A DNA stretch of 64,000 nt, from positions 209,741 through 273,740 of the forward strand of contig DATLYW010000012.1 in the NCBI GenBank assembly GCA_035574315.1, read 5' to 3'. Within the stretch, counting starts at the first letter, position 1, and the number at the start of each line of letters is the position of its first letter. This stretch comes from Candidatus Zixiibacteriota bacterium (GTDB lineage Bacteria; Desulfobacterota; Binatia; UBA9968). Positions 30,011 through 38,635 of the stretch are shown here, piece after piece. The position numbers were made by a program, and so were the translations under genes. The notes under the pieces are model-generated. The model saw only the letters and a program-made list of their open reading frames with translations. It searched no databases and was not told the origin of the DNA.

Positions 30011-31066
30011 TCAGCGGCCGCTTTTCTGCCCGCCCCAAAGCTCGGCGAAAAAGCCGCTTTTCTCCAGATGCTGAACGAAGCTGTTGTCGTAAAGCTCCTC
30101 GGGTTTTTTTCTCACCTGGGTTCCTGCGGCGCGCACCAGCTCGACCGCTTCGGCCACCGCTGCGCCGGGAACCGCCATCCTGCGATCGACGATCTCCCGC
30201 GCGTAAACCCGGTAGGAAGCCCGCACGGCTTCGTCGTCGGTGATCCGCATCGTCTTGCGGATCGACGCCATGGCTTTGTCCGGATGCCGCTCGACGAAGT
30301 GAACCGCCTCGGCGAAGCCGGCGACCACCCGCTGCACCAGCTCCGGCCGCTCGCGCAGGCTGCGCTGGCTCGCGTGCAACGAGCTGTAGATGAAGGGCAG
30401 ATCGAGATCGATCAGGCGGTAGAGCACGTTGAAGCCCTCGTTTTTCGCGCGCACGTCCAGCGGTGGCGTCACGATGACCCCCTGGACCACGTTGGCAGCC
30501 ATCGCGTGAAAGCGCTCCGACTGGCTACCGCCGATCGGCCGGATTAAGACCTGAGAGGCGAGATTGAACTTCTTCAGCAGCGCGCGAGAGAGCCGGGCGC
30601 TCAAATCGCCCGGACGGGTCACCCCGAGCGACTTTCCGCGCAGGTCCTCCAGGCGCCGGATCTCCTGGCGGGTGACGAGCACGTAGGGGAGCTTGACCAG
30701 GGGCGCCGCCACCAGCTTCGCCTCCACGCCCGTCGCGAGGCCGGGAAGGGTCGCGTCCGCGGCGCAATAGAGGAACTGGATCTCATCGGCCGCCAAAGCG
30801 GCGAGCGAAGGGCCGCTGCCGCGGATGTAGACGTGCTCCATCCTGACCCCGTACTTGTCGAACAGGCCGTGATCGAGCGCGGTATAGAGGTGGGTGAAAC
30901 CTCCGGAGACCGCGCAGGTGGCGATTCGTACGGTCACCGGCCGCTCGTTGGGGCCCGCCACGTAGGGATTGGCGGCCGCCGGACCGCCGGCGGCGAACAG
31001 CCAGAGCACCGCCAAGACGGCGCTCGAAACGGGGGTCGCCCTTCGGGGTTTCCTGGTGTGAATCAT
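30011..31066 (-). CDS. ABC transporter substrate-binding protein (NMT1/SsuA-like)
   Basis: Signal peptide, GLFDKYGV, EDLRGKSLGV..PG, C-terminal YDNSFV..LEKSGF. Confidence 0.85.
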   Translation of the reverse strand: MIHTRKPRRATPVSSAVLAVLWLFAAGGPAAANPYVAGPNERPVTVRIATCAVSGGFTHLYTALDHGLFDKYGVRMEHVYIRGSGPSLAALAADEIQFLYCAADATLPGLATGVEAKLVAAPLVKLPYVLVTRQEIRRLEDLRGKSLGVTRPGDLSARLSRALLKKFNLASQVLIRPIGGSQSERFHAMAANVVQGVIVTPPLDVRAKNEGFNVLYRLIDLDLPFIYSSLHASQRSLRERPELVQRVVAGFAEAVHFVERHPDKAMASIRKTMRITDDEAVRASYRVYAREIVDRRMAVPGAAVAEAVELVRAAGTQVRKKPEELYDNSFVQHLEKSGFFAELWGGQKSGR

Positions 31067-31139
31067 GGGTGTCGCTCCTCCTGCGGGAACAAAGGCGGGT
31101 CGAATTTAAATGATTTTCGCCGGCGACTCAAACGACGCG

Positions 31140-32174
31140 CTAGACCGCGAAGCGGAAGTGGATGATGTCGCCGTCGCGGACCACGTAATCCTTGCCTTCC
31201 ACCCTCAGCTTGCCCGCTTCGCGGCACCGCGCCTCGCTCCCGAGCGCGATGAAGTCGTCGTAGGCGATCACCTCGGCGCGGATGAAGCCCCGCTCCATGT
31301 CGCTGTGAATCTTCCCCGCAGCCTTGCGCGCCGAGGTTCCCTGGCGGACGGTCCAGGCGCGAACCTCGTCCTCGCCGGTAGTAAAGAAACTGATCAGGTC
31401 GAGCAGTCGATAGCAAGCGCGGATGAAGCGGTCGCGCGCCGGCTCTTCCACGCCGATCTCCTTCAAGAACGCCGCCCGGTCGCTCTCCTCGAGCTGCGCG
31501 ATTTCGGCCTCGACCCGTCCGGCCAGAGCGAGCCCCGTCAAGCCCCGTCGCTCCAGCGCTTCGCGGTAGCGCTCCGGCAGCGGCTTTCCCGCGTCCTCGT
31601 CGGCCCGGTTGAAAAGCACGAGCAGCGGTTTGCGGCTGAGAAAGCCGAAGCCGGACAGGAGGTTTTCCTCGTCGGGGGAAAAGGCGACGCTTCTCAGGCT
31701 CTGCTCGTTTTCCAGAGCCGCGGCGCACCGCTGCAGCAGCGCCGCCTCGTTGGGCCGGCCCTTTTCTTTTTTCAACCGGCCGAGGCGGTTTTCCACGACC
31801 GCAAGGTCGGCGAGAATCATCTCCGCGACGAGATCGTTCAGCTCCTTCAGCGGATCCGCGTCCGGCCCGAAATCGCGGAGCACGAGCGCGATCGCCTCGA
31901 CTTCGCGCATTTGCGCCGCCAGGCCAGCGCCCGGCTTGAGCGACTCCTCGCCCCGACCTCCGGGAAAGTCCGTGAAGCGAATCTCGGCGTAGGTCGTCTT
32001 TCGCGGCCGGTAGATCTCCGAGAGCCGATCGATGCGGGCGTCGGGAACCTTGATCGTTCCCAGGTGAATCTCGCCTGCGCTCCCGGCGAAGCCGGTTTGC
32101 ACCTGGAGGCCGGTGAGCATGTTGAAGATCGTCGTCTTCCCGGCCCCGCGATAACCGATCAGGCCGACTTTCAT
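31140..32174 (-). CDS. ychF: YchF/Obg-family P-loop NTPase (divergent)
   Basis: G1 GYRGAGKTT, DFPG, C-terminal LISFFT.GEDEVRAWT...AAGKIHSDMERGFIRAEV...EGKDY.V.DGDIIHFRF. Confidence 0.85.
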   Translation of the reverse strand: MKVGLIGYRGAGKTTIFNMLTGLQVQTGFAGSAGEIHLGTIKVPDARIDRLSEIYRPRKTTYAEIRFTDFPGGRGEESLKPGAGLAAQMREVEAIALVLRDFGPDADPLKELNDLVAEMILADLAVVENRLGRLKKEKGRPNEAALLQRCAAALENEQSLRSVAFSPDEENLLSGFGFLSRKPLLVLFNRADEDAGKPLPERYREALERRGLTGLALAGRVEAEIAQLEESDRAAFLKEIGVEEPARDRFIRACYRLLDLISFFTTGEDEVRAWTVRQGTSARKAAGKIHSDMERGFIRAEVIAYDDFIALGSEARCREAGKLRVEGKDYVVRDGDIIHFRFAV

Positions 32175-32176
32175 TG

Positions 32177-32239
32177 GCTATCCGGCTCCCCGTTTCCGCT
32201 TTCCGGTCTCCAGTTCCCGGTTCGAAATTCGAATTTCAC
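32177..32239. repeat. Degenerate heptanucleotide tandem array (9 units) in the ychF 5' region
   Basis: GCTATCC GGCTCCC CGTTTCC GCTTTCC GGTCTCC AGTTCCC GGTTCGA AATTCGA ATTTCAC; a further CGTTCTT x2 near 32267-32280. Confidence 0.7.
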
Positions 32240-32332
32240 CGCGCGTACGATTCGAAACGTGCTTCCCGTTCTTCGTTCTTCGGTCCCCGCTCTGACCCGT
32301 CCGCAGGCTCGAACCGCCCGACCTTCCGCCCC

Positions 32333-32358
32333 CCGGCCGGTCCTGCGCGACCGGCCGG
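32333..32358. other. GC-rich hairpin (10-bp perfect stem)
   Basis: CCGGCCGGTC-CTGCGC-GACCGGCCGG between paralogue B and ychF; no clear U-tract. Confidence 0.5.
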
Positions 32359-32407
32359 GACTTCTCAATTTCTAACAGGAATCCGAAAGACAGCAAAGTC
32401 GGGGCCG

Positions 32408-32845
32408 TTATCCGACTTTGCGCTTTCCGACTTCCCGCAGAGCCGTTCGGGATCGCTTCCACCGCTTCAAACCCTGCCGCAGGTAGGCTGCGTCGAGCCC
32501 CAATACGTCGCAGATATTGACGAACGAGAACAGGTGGCTGCGGTCGTCGTCGAAAATCCACGCTTCGGCGTCGCGATGCAGAGCAGCCCGCTTGGGCTGC
32601 GTGGCCCGGAGATGGCTTTGAAAGCAGTCGACGGCGTCCCTGAGAACCGCCAGCATCAGCACCTTTTCCGGCTGCAACCGGAACTTTCTCTGGTAAGTCG
32701 CAAGATACTCGTGCGGCACCAGCACATCCGGCTGGAATATGGAAAACGCCCGTTCGTCGCAGAAGAACGCTTTGCGGACCGCCGGGGCACCGGCGGCCGC
32801 CTTTGTCCTGAACAAAACACGCTTGCCTTTCTTTCGCGCGATCAT
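32408..32845 (-). CDS. Uncharacterised helical protein (paralogue B)
   Basis: ATG 32845 with GGAGGAAAG RBS; EKVLMLAVLRDAVDCF...WIFD...FSFVNICDVLGLDAAYLR. Confidence 0.8.
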   Translation of the reverse strand: MIARKKGKRVLFRTKAAAGAPAVRKAFFCDERAFSIFQPDVLVPHEYLATYQRKFRLQPEKVLMLAVLRDAVDCFQSHLRATQPKRAALHRDAEAWIFDDDRSHLFSFVNICDVLGLDAAYLRQGLKRWKRSRTALREVGKRKVG

Positions 32846-32989
32846 CTTTCCTCCGTAAAAAAAATTCCCTGCGGGCGCGGCCTCTCCGGAGGGAAATGAA
32901 AAACCCGGGCTCGCGCCGGCGCCGGAAATTTCCGCACGCACGGGCTTACGCGGCCGCCCGGCGCCGGAAAACAAGCCGGTAGCCGGAGA

Positions 32990-33337
32990 TCAGATGATCA
33001 GGACGGATTGCAAGAGGTTGAGCGGGATTTTCGGCGCGAGCCGCATCGGCGCGAAGGGCTCAAAGGCGGGCTGGACCACCTTCCCGCACGACGAACGGTG
33101 ATCGACCGCGCCGAGCTGAAACGAGCCGGGCAGATCGGCGGCCCCGAGCCCGATCTTCGCGACTAGACCCCAGCGGTCCAGCAGGGCTGGTCCCGCGGCT
33201 GCGGGGTGCGGCAGAGCCATGCTCGCGGCAAAGAGATCGGCGCTTTCTTCGTGCGCAGCGAAGCTGACGGCCACGGCTCCGAGAATCAGGAGCGCCGCCA
33301 TGAGCAGGGCGGAGGCCGCTTTGAAGATTCGGTCCAT
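32990..33337 (-). CDS. Hypothetical small protein with N-terminal signal/TM
   Basis: ATG 33337, MDRIFKAASALLMAALLILGAVAV..., ends KIPLNLLQSVLII; fills the gap divergent from ribBX. Confidence 0.5.
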   Translation of the reverse strand: MDRIFKAASALLMAALLILGAVAVSFAAHEESADLFAASMALPHPAAAGPALLDRWGLVAKIGLGAADLPGSFQLGAVDHRSSCGKVVQPAFEPFAPMRLAPKIPLNLLQSVLII

Positions 33338-33405
33338 GTCGGGCTGTGGCCAACCTAGCACTCGGCCTGGCCAAGTCAATAGCAACGCCGACTCCCTGGA
33401 CCGGT

Positions 33406-33433
33406 TTGAAGTTACCGGGCGAGGTGATAAATT
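33406..33433 (+). promoter_or_regulatory. Sigma70 promoter with extended -10 for ribBX
   Basis: TTGAAG (33406-33411), N16, TAAATT (33428-33433), with TG at 33425-33426. Confidence 0.5.
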
Positions 33434-33442
33434 AGGAGCCGC

Positions 33443-34621
33443 ATGCCCCTGGCTACCATCGAAGAGGCGATCGACGAGATCCGCCGCGGCCGGATGGTCA
33501 TCCTGATGGATGACAAGGATCGCGAAAACGAGGGCGATCTCTGTATGGCGGCGGAAAAGGTCACGCCCGAAGCGATCAACTTCATGGCGAGGCACGGTCG
33601 CGGTTTGATCTGCCTCTCGCTGACCGAAGAGCGCGTCCGGCAGCTGAACCTCAACATGATGGTTTCGGAGAATACCTCCCCGTTCGGCACCGCTTTCACG
33701 GTCTCGATTGACGCCGCTTCCGGGATCACGACCGGCATATCGGCCGCCGACCGCGCCAAAACCATCCTCGACGCGATCGCCGACGACGCCAAACCGCAGG
33801 ACCTCGTGGTTCCCGGCCATATCTTCCCGCTCCGCGCCAGAAAGGGAGGCGTCCTGGTGCGCGCGGGGCAGACCGAGGGATCGGTCGACCTCGCCCGCCT
33901 GGCCGGGCTCAAGCCGGCGGGAGTGATCTGCGAGATCATGAAGGACGACGGTACCATGGCGCGGCTTCCCGATCTGATGAAGTTCGCGCGGCGCCACAAG
34001 CTCAAGGTCGTGACGGTCGCCGACCTGATCCAGTATCGCCTGAACTACGACTCGCTGGTGTACCGCGCGGCCTCGGCGCCGCTGCCCACGCGCGTCGGCG
34101 GCCGTTTCGAGGCCGTGGTCTACAACACGCACGTCGACCAGAGCGAGCACCTGGCGTTGATCAAGGGGGAGATCTCACCCAGGGAAGAAACCCTCGTGCG
34201 CGTGCACACCAAGTACGTCCCCGGGGACGTCTTCGGATTCGAGCTGCTCAACACCGGCGCGGTCATCCAGCGTTCGATGGAGATGATCGCCGCGGAAGGC
34301 AAAGGGGTCATCCTCTATCTTCAGCCCGAGCACAAGGGGGTGCGGCCGCTGACCGTAACCTATCCGAGAGTCGAAGGGAGGCAGCAAAAGGACATGAACC
34401 CTTCCTTCGTCTACCGCGCCGATTTCAAGGAGTACGGGATCGGGGCGCAGATCCTGCGTGACCTCGGGGTGCGCAAGATGCGCCTGCTCACGAACAACCG
34501 CAAGCACCTGGTGGGTCTGCGCGGTTATGGCCTGGAGGTCACCGCTCTGGTTCCGATCCCGAGGGAAAACCCGTTGCGCGAAGCGCCGAAGCCGAAGAAA
34601 GCCAGAGCGACGACCGGGTGA
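33443..34621 (+). CDS. ribB: DHBP synthase fused to a degenerate GTP cyclohydrolase II domain (RibBX-like)
   Basis: Intact RibB motifs ([38 protein letters not shown]); the GCH II domain lacks the Zn cysteines. Confidence 0.9.
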   Translation: MPLATIEEAIDEIRRGRMVILMDDKDRENEGDLCMAAEKVTPEAINFMARHGRGLICLSLTEERVRQLNLNMMVSENTSPFGTAFTVSIDAASGITTGISAADRAKTILDAIADDAKPQDLVVPGHIFPLRARKGGVLVRAGQTEGSVDLARLAGLKPAGVICEIMKDDGTMARLPDLMKFARRHKLKVVTVADLIQYRLNYDSLVYRAASAPLPTRVGGRFEAVVYNTHVDQSEHLALIKGEISPREETLVRVHTKYVPGDVFGFELLNTGAVIQRSMEMIAAEGKGVILYLQPEHKGVRPLTVTYPRVEGRQQKDMNPSFVYRADFKEYGIGAQILRDLGVRKMRLLTNNRKHLVGLRGYGLEVTALVPIPRENPLREAPKPKKARATTG

Positions 34622-34658
34622 GCGTCGCCGGGTTGACGAGCTGTCCGGGAGAGGAGTC

Positions 34659-34874
34659 ATGCCGATTTACGAGTACGCCTGCCGCCGCTGCGGCCACAGT
34701 TTCGAGCAGGTCGTTTTGTCGAAGAGCGAGCAGATCCGCTGCCCAAAGTGCGACAGCCGCAGCATCACCAAACAGCTGTCCGTTTTTCGTTCCCCCGCGG
34801 CGCGCGCGGCTGGCGAAAGCACGGCCCCGACAGGCGGCTGCGGCTGCACGCCCCAGGGCTGCGGCTGTCGTTAG
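34659..34874 (+). CDS. FmdB family zinc-ribbon protein
   Basis: GAGGAG RBS; MPIYEYACRRCG...CPKC, Cys-rich tail. Confidence 0.88.
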   Translation: MPIYEYACRRCGHSFEQVVLSKSEQIRCPKCDSRSITKQLSVFRSPAARAAGESTAPTGGCGCTPQGCGCR

Positions 34875-35392
34875 CCCTCTTCGGGACGCTGCAGGTATTT
34901 GGCGAGCTCCGTCCGGATCCGGTTCAGCGCCTCGCCGACATTGGAGAAGACCCGCTCCTGAACGAGTTGGCCCCGCACCCAGTAATCGAGGGAAGGCGCG
35001 TCGGTGAAGTTGATGTCGACATAGCGCTCTCCCACCGGCTCCCCCGTGATGATCACCCGGACTGAATAGCCCGCGTCGATCACCACGCCCCGGGCGCCAG
35101 CCGGCAACGGCAATCCGTTTTTTATTTTGGCGAGCTTTTCCGGCGGGTAGGTGCCGACCTCCATCGAGAAGTAGGCCCACTGCCCCGGCGCGACCTCGAC
35201 CTCTCTCAGGATTCGCGGGTTGATGTCGACGAGATTCCTGGCCGCCTGCTCCTGGTCGTAGCCTTTGAGGATCTCGTAGGCCCAGCGCTCGACGATCCCG
35301 CGCGCCGGCGCGGCGGGCCGCCGCTCCTTGACCGGCCCGCGGTCGATCCACCACTTGGTTTCCTCCAGGGTCGCGGTCTTTTCGTCGGGCAT
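34871..35392 (-). CDS. Hypothetical protein (173 aa)
   Basis: ATG 35392; globular-looking sequence filling the gap after the decarboxylase-like gene; no family recognised. Confidence 0.65.
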   Translation of the reverse strand: MPDEKTATLEETKWWIDRGPVKERRPAAPARGIVERWAYEILKGYDQEQAARNLVDINPRILREVEVAPGQWAYFSMEVGTYPPEKLAKIKNGLPLPAGARGVVIDAGYSVRVIITGEPVGERYVDINFTDAPSLDYWVRGQLVQERVFSNVGEALNRIRTELAKYLQRPEEG

Positions 35393-35426
35393 AGGCTGGT
35401 CTTCTTGCGGTCCGGCGGGCCGGTCG

Positions 35427-36419
35427 CTAGATCTTGAACTCCTCGAGCGTGTTGGGGGCGAACAGCGATTCGATCGCCGGCTTCCGCTTGAGCAGTCCCT
35501 GCTCATGGGCGTACTGGACCAGCGTCTCGAGCACGTGCCGGTTCGCTTCCAGCCCGTAGGCCCAAGGATCCGGGCCGAGGATCTCGCGCTCTTTTTCCAT
35601 TTCGTCGATGGACCATGCCATCATGTACTTGAGCGCGGAGAACTCGTACATCGCTTCCTGGCAGATACGCTTCGACTCCTCGAAGGCCTTGAACAGGCTC
35701 TGTGCCACCCAGGGATGCTTTTCGTAGAATTCCTGGCGCAACGCCACCGTGTGCATGATCGGGAAGATCCGCGTGCGGCGGAAATAATCCTCCTCGACCT
35801 CGCGGAAGTTGGGAATCAGGCGGCGCACCTTGGGCGAGCGCCGGACGAACGGCGACGGCATGTGCGCGGAAATCATCGCGTCGATCTCCCCGTTCTCGAG
35901 CATCGACGAAAGCGTCTGGTCCGGCCGGATGGGCCGGATATCGATGTTGGCCGGCAGGTCGTGCTTGATCTTGTCTTCCCGGCCCGGATGCTCTTCCCCG
36001 CCGGTGAACCACTTCATCGCGTGCGGCGGAACCCCGTACTCGTGCTGCAAAATCCCCCGGGCCCAGATCGCCATCGTAATCTGGTACTCGGGAACTCCGA
36101 CGCGCTTGCCGGCCATGTCGGCCGGTTTTTCGATTCCGGAGCCGGTGTTGACGTAGATGCAGGAATGGCGGAAAGCGCGTGACGGGAAGACCGGAATCGC
36201 GATCAGCTTCGGAGATCCTTTCTCCCGAGCCATGAGGTAGGAGCCGGTCGACAGCTCCGCAGCGTCGAACTCGCCGTAGCGCAGCATGCGCCAGAAGGTT
36301 TCTTCGACCCTCAGCGGCAGGTAGGTGAGGTCCACCCCCTCCACCTCGACCCGGCCGTCCTGCAGCGCCCGCGTCCGGTCGTAATCCCAGCAGGCCAGCG
36401 TAAGCCTGATCCTCCCCAT
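35427..36419 (-). CDS. 4,5-dihydroxyphthalate decarboxylase-like / SBP-fold protein
   Basis: LTLACWDYDRTRAL.DG.V, EFDAAELS, IPVFPSRAFRHS.IYV, GVPEYQ.T.AIW.RG, IFPIMHTV, WAYG.EANR. Confidence 0.8.
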   Translation of the reverse strand: MGRIRLTLACWDYDRTRALQDGRVEVEGVDLTYLPLRVEETFWRMLRYGEFDAAELSTGSYLMAREKGSPKLIAIPVFPSRAFRHSCIYVNTGSGIEKPADMAGKRVGVPEYQITMAIWARGILQHEYGVPPHAMKWFTGGEEHPGREDKIKHDLPANIDIRPIRPDQTLSSMLENGEIDAMISAHMPSPFVRRSPKVRRLIPNFREVEEDYFRRTRIFPIMHTVALRQEFYEKHPWVAQSLFKAFEESKRICQEAMYEFSALKYMMAWSIDEMEKEREILGPDPWAYGLEANRHVLETLVQYAHEQGLLKRKPAIESLFAPNTLEEFKI

Positions 36420-36432
36420 CCTGACCTCCGTT

Positions 36433-36645
36433 CTAATCGCTCGATGCCGTCTCCAGACCGGCGAAAAACTCGCCCGCCCCCACCGTGAATTGTTCGTTTT
36501 CCCCTCGGAGCACCACCGCAGCTTCGCCCGAGGCCAGCGTCGTTCGCCGCTCGACGGTGTACGGCTTGCCGCGAAACGTGACCCGCGAGCCGGGGGCGTA
36601 CGGCCTCAGCCGCTCGTGGTCAGACTGCGGTTCGATCCTCTCCAT
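36433..36645 (-). CDS. Small hypothetical protein (70 aa)
   Basis: ATG-started ORF filling the gap upstream of 36419; beta-rich pattern; no family recognised. Confidence 0.55.
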   Translation of the reverse strand: MERIEPQSDHERLRPYAPGSRVTFRGKPYTVERRTTLASGEAAVVLRGENEQFTVGAGEFFAGLETASSD

Positions 36646-36803
36646 CGCGCTATTTTTCTAGCATAACATGGCCGGAAGCGAAACGGAGGCCGCGGTGAGC
36701 CCCGGCAAGCTCCGCGTTGACAACCTCGCGCCCGCCGACTACTAAAGAGCTCGTTGGCGCCGGGAGCGGCGCCCGGGGATATGAGCACCAGGACGGACCA
36801 GCG

Positions 36804-37745
36804 ATGCGCGTAGCGGTCGTCGGCGCTGGCGCGGTGGGCGGCTATTTCGGCGCCCGGCTCGCAGCCGCGGGAGAGAGCGTCGTATTCGTCGCGCGCGGAG
36901 CGCATCTGGAGGCGATGCGGCGCGACGGTCTGGAGGTTCGCAGCCCGGGCGGCGACCTGCGGATCCGAGACAGCCTGTGCGTTGCGGATCCTGCCGCGGC
37001 CGGCCCGGTGGATCTCGTGCTCTTTTGCGTCAAATCCTACGATACCGACGGGTGCGCCGAAACCCTCGGTCCTCTTCTGGGGCAGCAAACGGCGATCCTC
37101 TCCCTGCAAAACGGCGTCGACAACGCGGACAAGATCGCGCGGCGTTGGGGCGAGCGCCGCGTGCTGGCGGGAGTAGTCTACCTGGCGGCGAGGCTCGCCG
37201 GGCCGGGGCGGATCGAGCACACCGCCGAGGGGCGGATCGTGTTGGGCACGCTCGACGGTTCCACGGGGACGGTCGCGGGCGAGGCGGCCAGGGTTTTTGC
37301 GGCTGCGCAGATCCCGTGCAAGATCAGCCCGGAGATCCGGCGCGTGCAGTGGGCCAAGCTCCTCTGGAACGCACCGTTCTGTGCCATCGCGGCGCTCACC
37401 CGCGCAACGGTTCGCGAGATCGTCGAGTCGGAGTCGCTTTCGCAGCTCGCGCTCGACTGCATGACCGAGGTGCGGGAGGCTGCCGCGATCCGGGGAATCG
37501 TCCTGGCTCCGGAAACGGCGCGCGCTTCGCTGGAATTCTCGCGCAGCCTGGGGGAGTTCAAACCCTCCATGCTCCAGGATCTCGAAGCGGGAAAACCGCT
37601 GGAATACGAGGCCTTCAACGGCGTCGTGGTGAAGCTTCTGTCCGAGGCCGGCAAGAAGGCGCCGATCAACCAGCTCTTCTACGGGATGCTCGGTCATCTG
37701 GACGCGAGGATTCGCGCCGCTTCGTCCGGGCGGCCGAGAGCATGA
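36804..37745 (+). CDS. panE: 2-dehydropantoate 2-reductase family (PanE/ApbA)
   Basis: MRVAVVGAGAVGG, VKSYD, LQNGV, WAKL.WN, KPSMLQDL..GKPLE. Confidence 0.88.
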   Translation: MRVAVVGAGAVGGYFGARLAAAGESVVFVARGAHLEAMRRDGLEVRSPGGDLRIRDSLCVADPAAAGPVDLVLFCVKSYDTDGCAETLGPLLGQQTAILSLQNGVDNADKIARRWGERRVLAGVVYLAARLAGPGRIEHTAEGRIVLGTLDGSTGTVAGEAARVFAAAQIPCKISPEIRRVQWAKLLWNAPFCAIAALTRATVREIVESESLSQLALDCMTEVREAAAIRGIVLAPETARASLEFSRSLGEFKPSMLQDLEAGKPLEYEAFNGVVVKLLSEAGKKAPINQLFYGMLGHLDARIRAASSGRPRA

Positions 37746-38635
37746 AGCGACGGCGCTCGTTTGTCGTCCGCAGCCTCGCGGGAGTCCTGTTGCTGGTTGC
37801 GACTGCTCGCGGTGAAGCTCAGGAGAACGCTCTGGTCGCGCGCGGCCGCTACGTCTTCGGTGCCGCGGGTGGTTGCGCGTGCCACACCGACCCGAAGGGA
37901 ACCCGCAACGCGGGCGGTCGGGCATTCCCCACGCCGTTCGGCACCGTCTACAGCACCAATCTCACCTCGGACAGGGAAACCGGGCTCGGAAGCTGGACCG
38001 ACTCGCAGATCGGGGCAGCGCTGACCCGGGGGGTCCGCCCCGACGGAAGCCGCATTCTTCCGGTCATGCCCTACGAAGCCTATTCAGGGATGGCGCGGGA
38101 GGATCTGAACGCCCTGATCGCCTACCTTAGAACGCTGAAGCCCGTCAGAAAAGCCACGTCCCCTCTGCGGACGCGCATCCCGTTTCTCCGCGGCCTCGGG
38201 GTGCCGCTCTGGCTCAAGCTCTTCGGACGTTTCTCGTCTCCCCCGGATCGGGCGCCACGGAGCGGCGTCGAGCGGGGACGTTACCTCGTCGATCACGTCG
38301 CGGTTTGCGGAGACTGCCACACGCCCCGAAACGCGCTCGGCGCGCCCAAGCGCTCGCTCTACCTGGCAGGCGTGGATCAGGCGCACGGTCCTCTCGGCGA
38401 GGCGGTGCCGAACATCACGCCGGACAAGGAAACCGGGATCGGGACCTGGAAGCGCGAAGAGATCGCCGAGCTGCTGCTGACCGGAACCAAGCCCGATCTC
38501 GACAACGTCCAAGGGCTGATGGCCGAGGTCGTCGAGGGTGTGGGCCACGGCTATAAAGACCTGACACGGGAGGACGCGCTCGCGATTGCCGACTACCTGA
38601 AAACCGTGCCGGCGATAAAAAACAAGATCGACTAG
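37742..38635 (+). CDS. Periplasmic di-haem cytochrome c (gluconate/alcohol dehydrogenase cytochrome-subunit-like)
   Basis: Signal peptide; RGRY...CACH, PFG.VYSTN.T.DRETG.G.W, PVMPY, RGRYLV...CGDCHTPR, PNITPD.ETGIG.W. Confidence 0.85.
   Translation: MKRRRSFVVRSLAGVLLLVATARGEAQENALVARGRYVFGAAGGCACHTDPKGTRNAGGRAFPTPFGTVYSTNLTSDRETGLGSWTDSQIGAALTRGVRPDGSRILPVMPYEAYSGMAREDLNALIAYLRTLKPVRKATSPLRTRIPFLRGLGVPLWLKLFGRFSSPPDRAPRSGVERGRYLVDHVAVCGDCHTPRNALGAPKRSLYLAGVDQAHGPLGEAVPNITPDKETGIGTWKREEIAELLLTGTKPDLDNVQGLMAEVVEGVGHGYKDLTREDALAIADYLKTVPAIKNKID

Noticed and set aside
32177-32360. GTTCGAA motifs and hairpin as a tRNA or CRISPR remnant
   Set aside because: There is no cloverleaf, no constant 23-47 bp repeats with unique spacers, and no cas genes; the period is 7 nt.
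33338-33442. FMN riboswitch upstream of the rib gene
   Set aside because: The gap is about 105 bp, the promoter abuts the start codon, and no FMN aptamer consensus is present.
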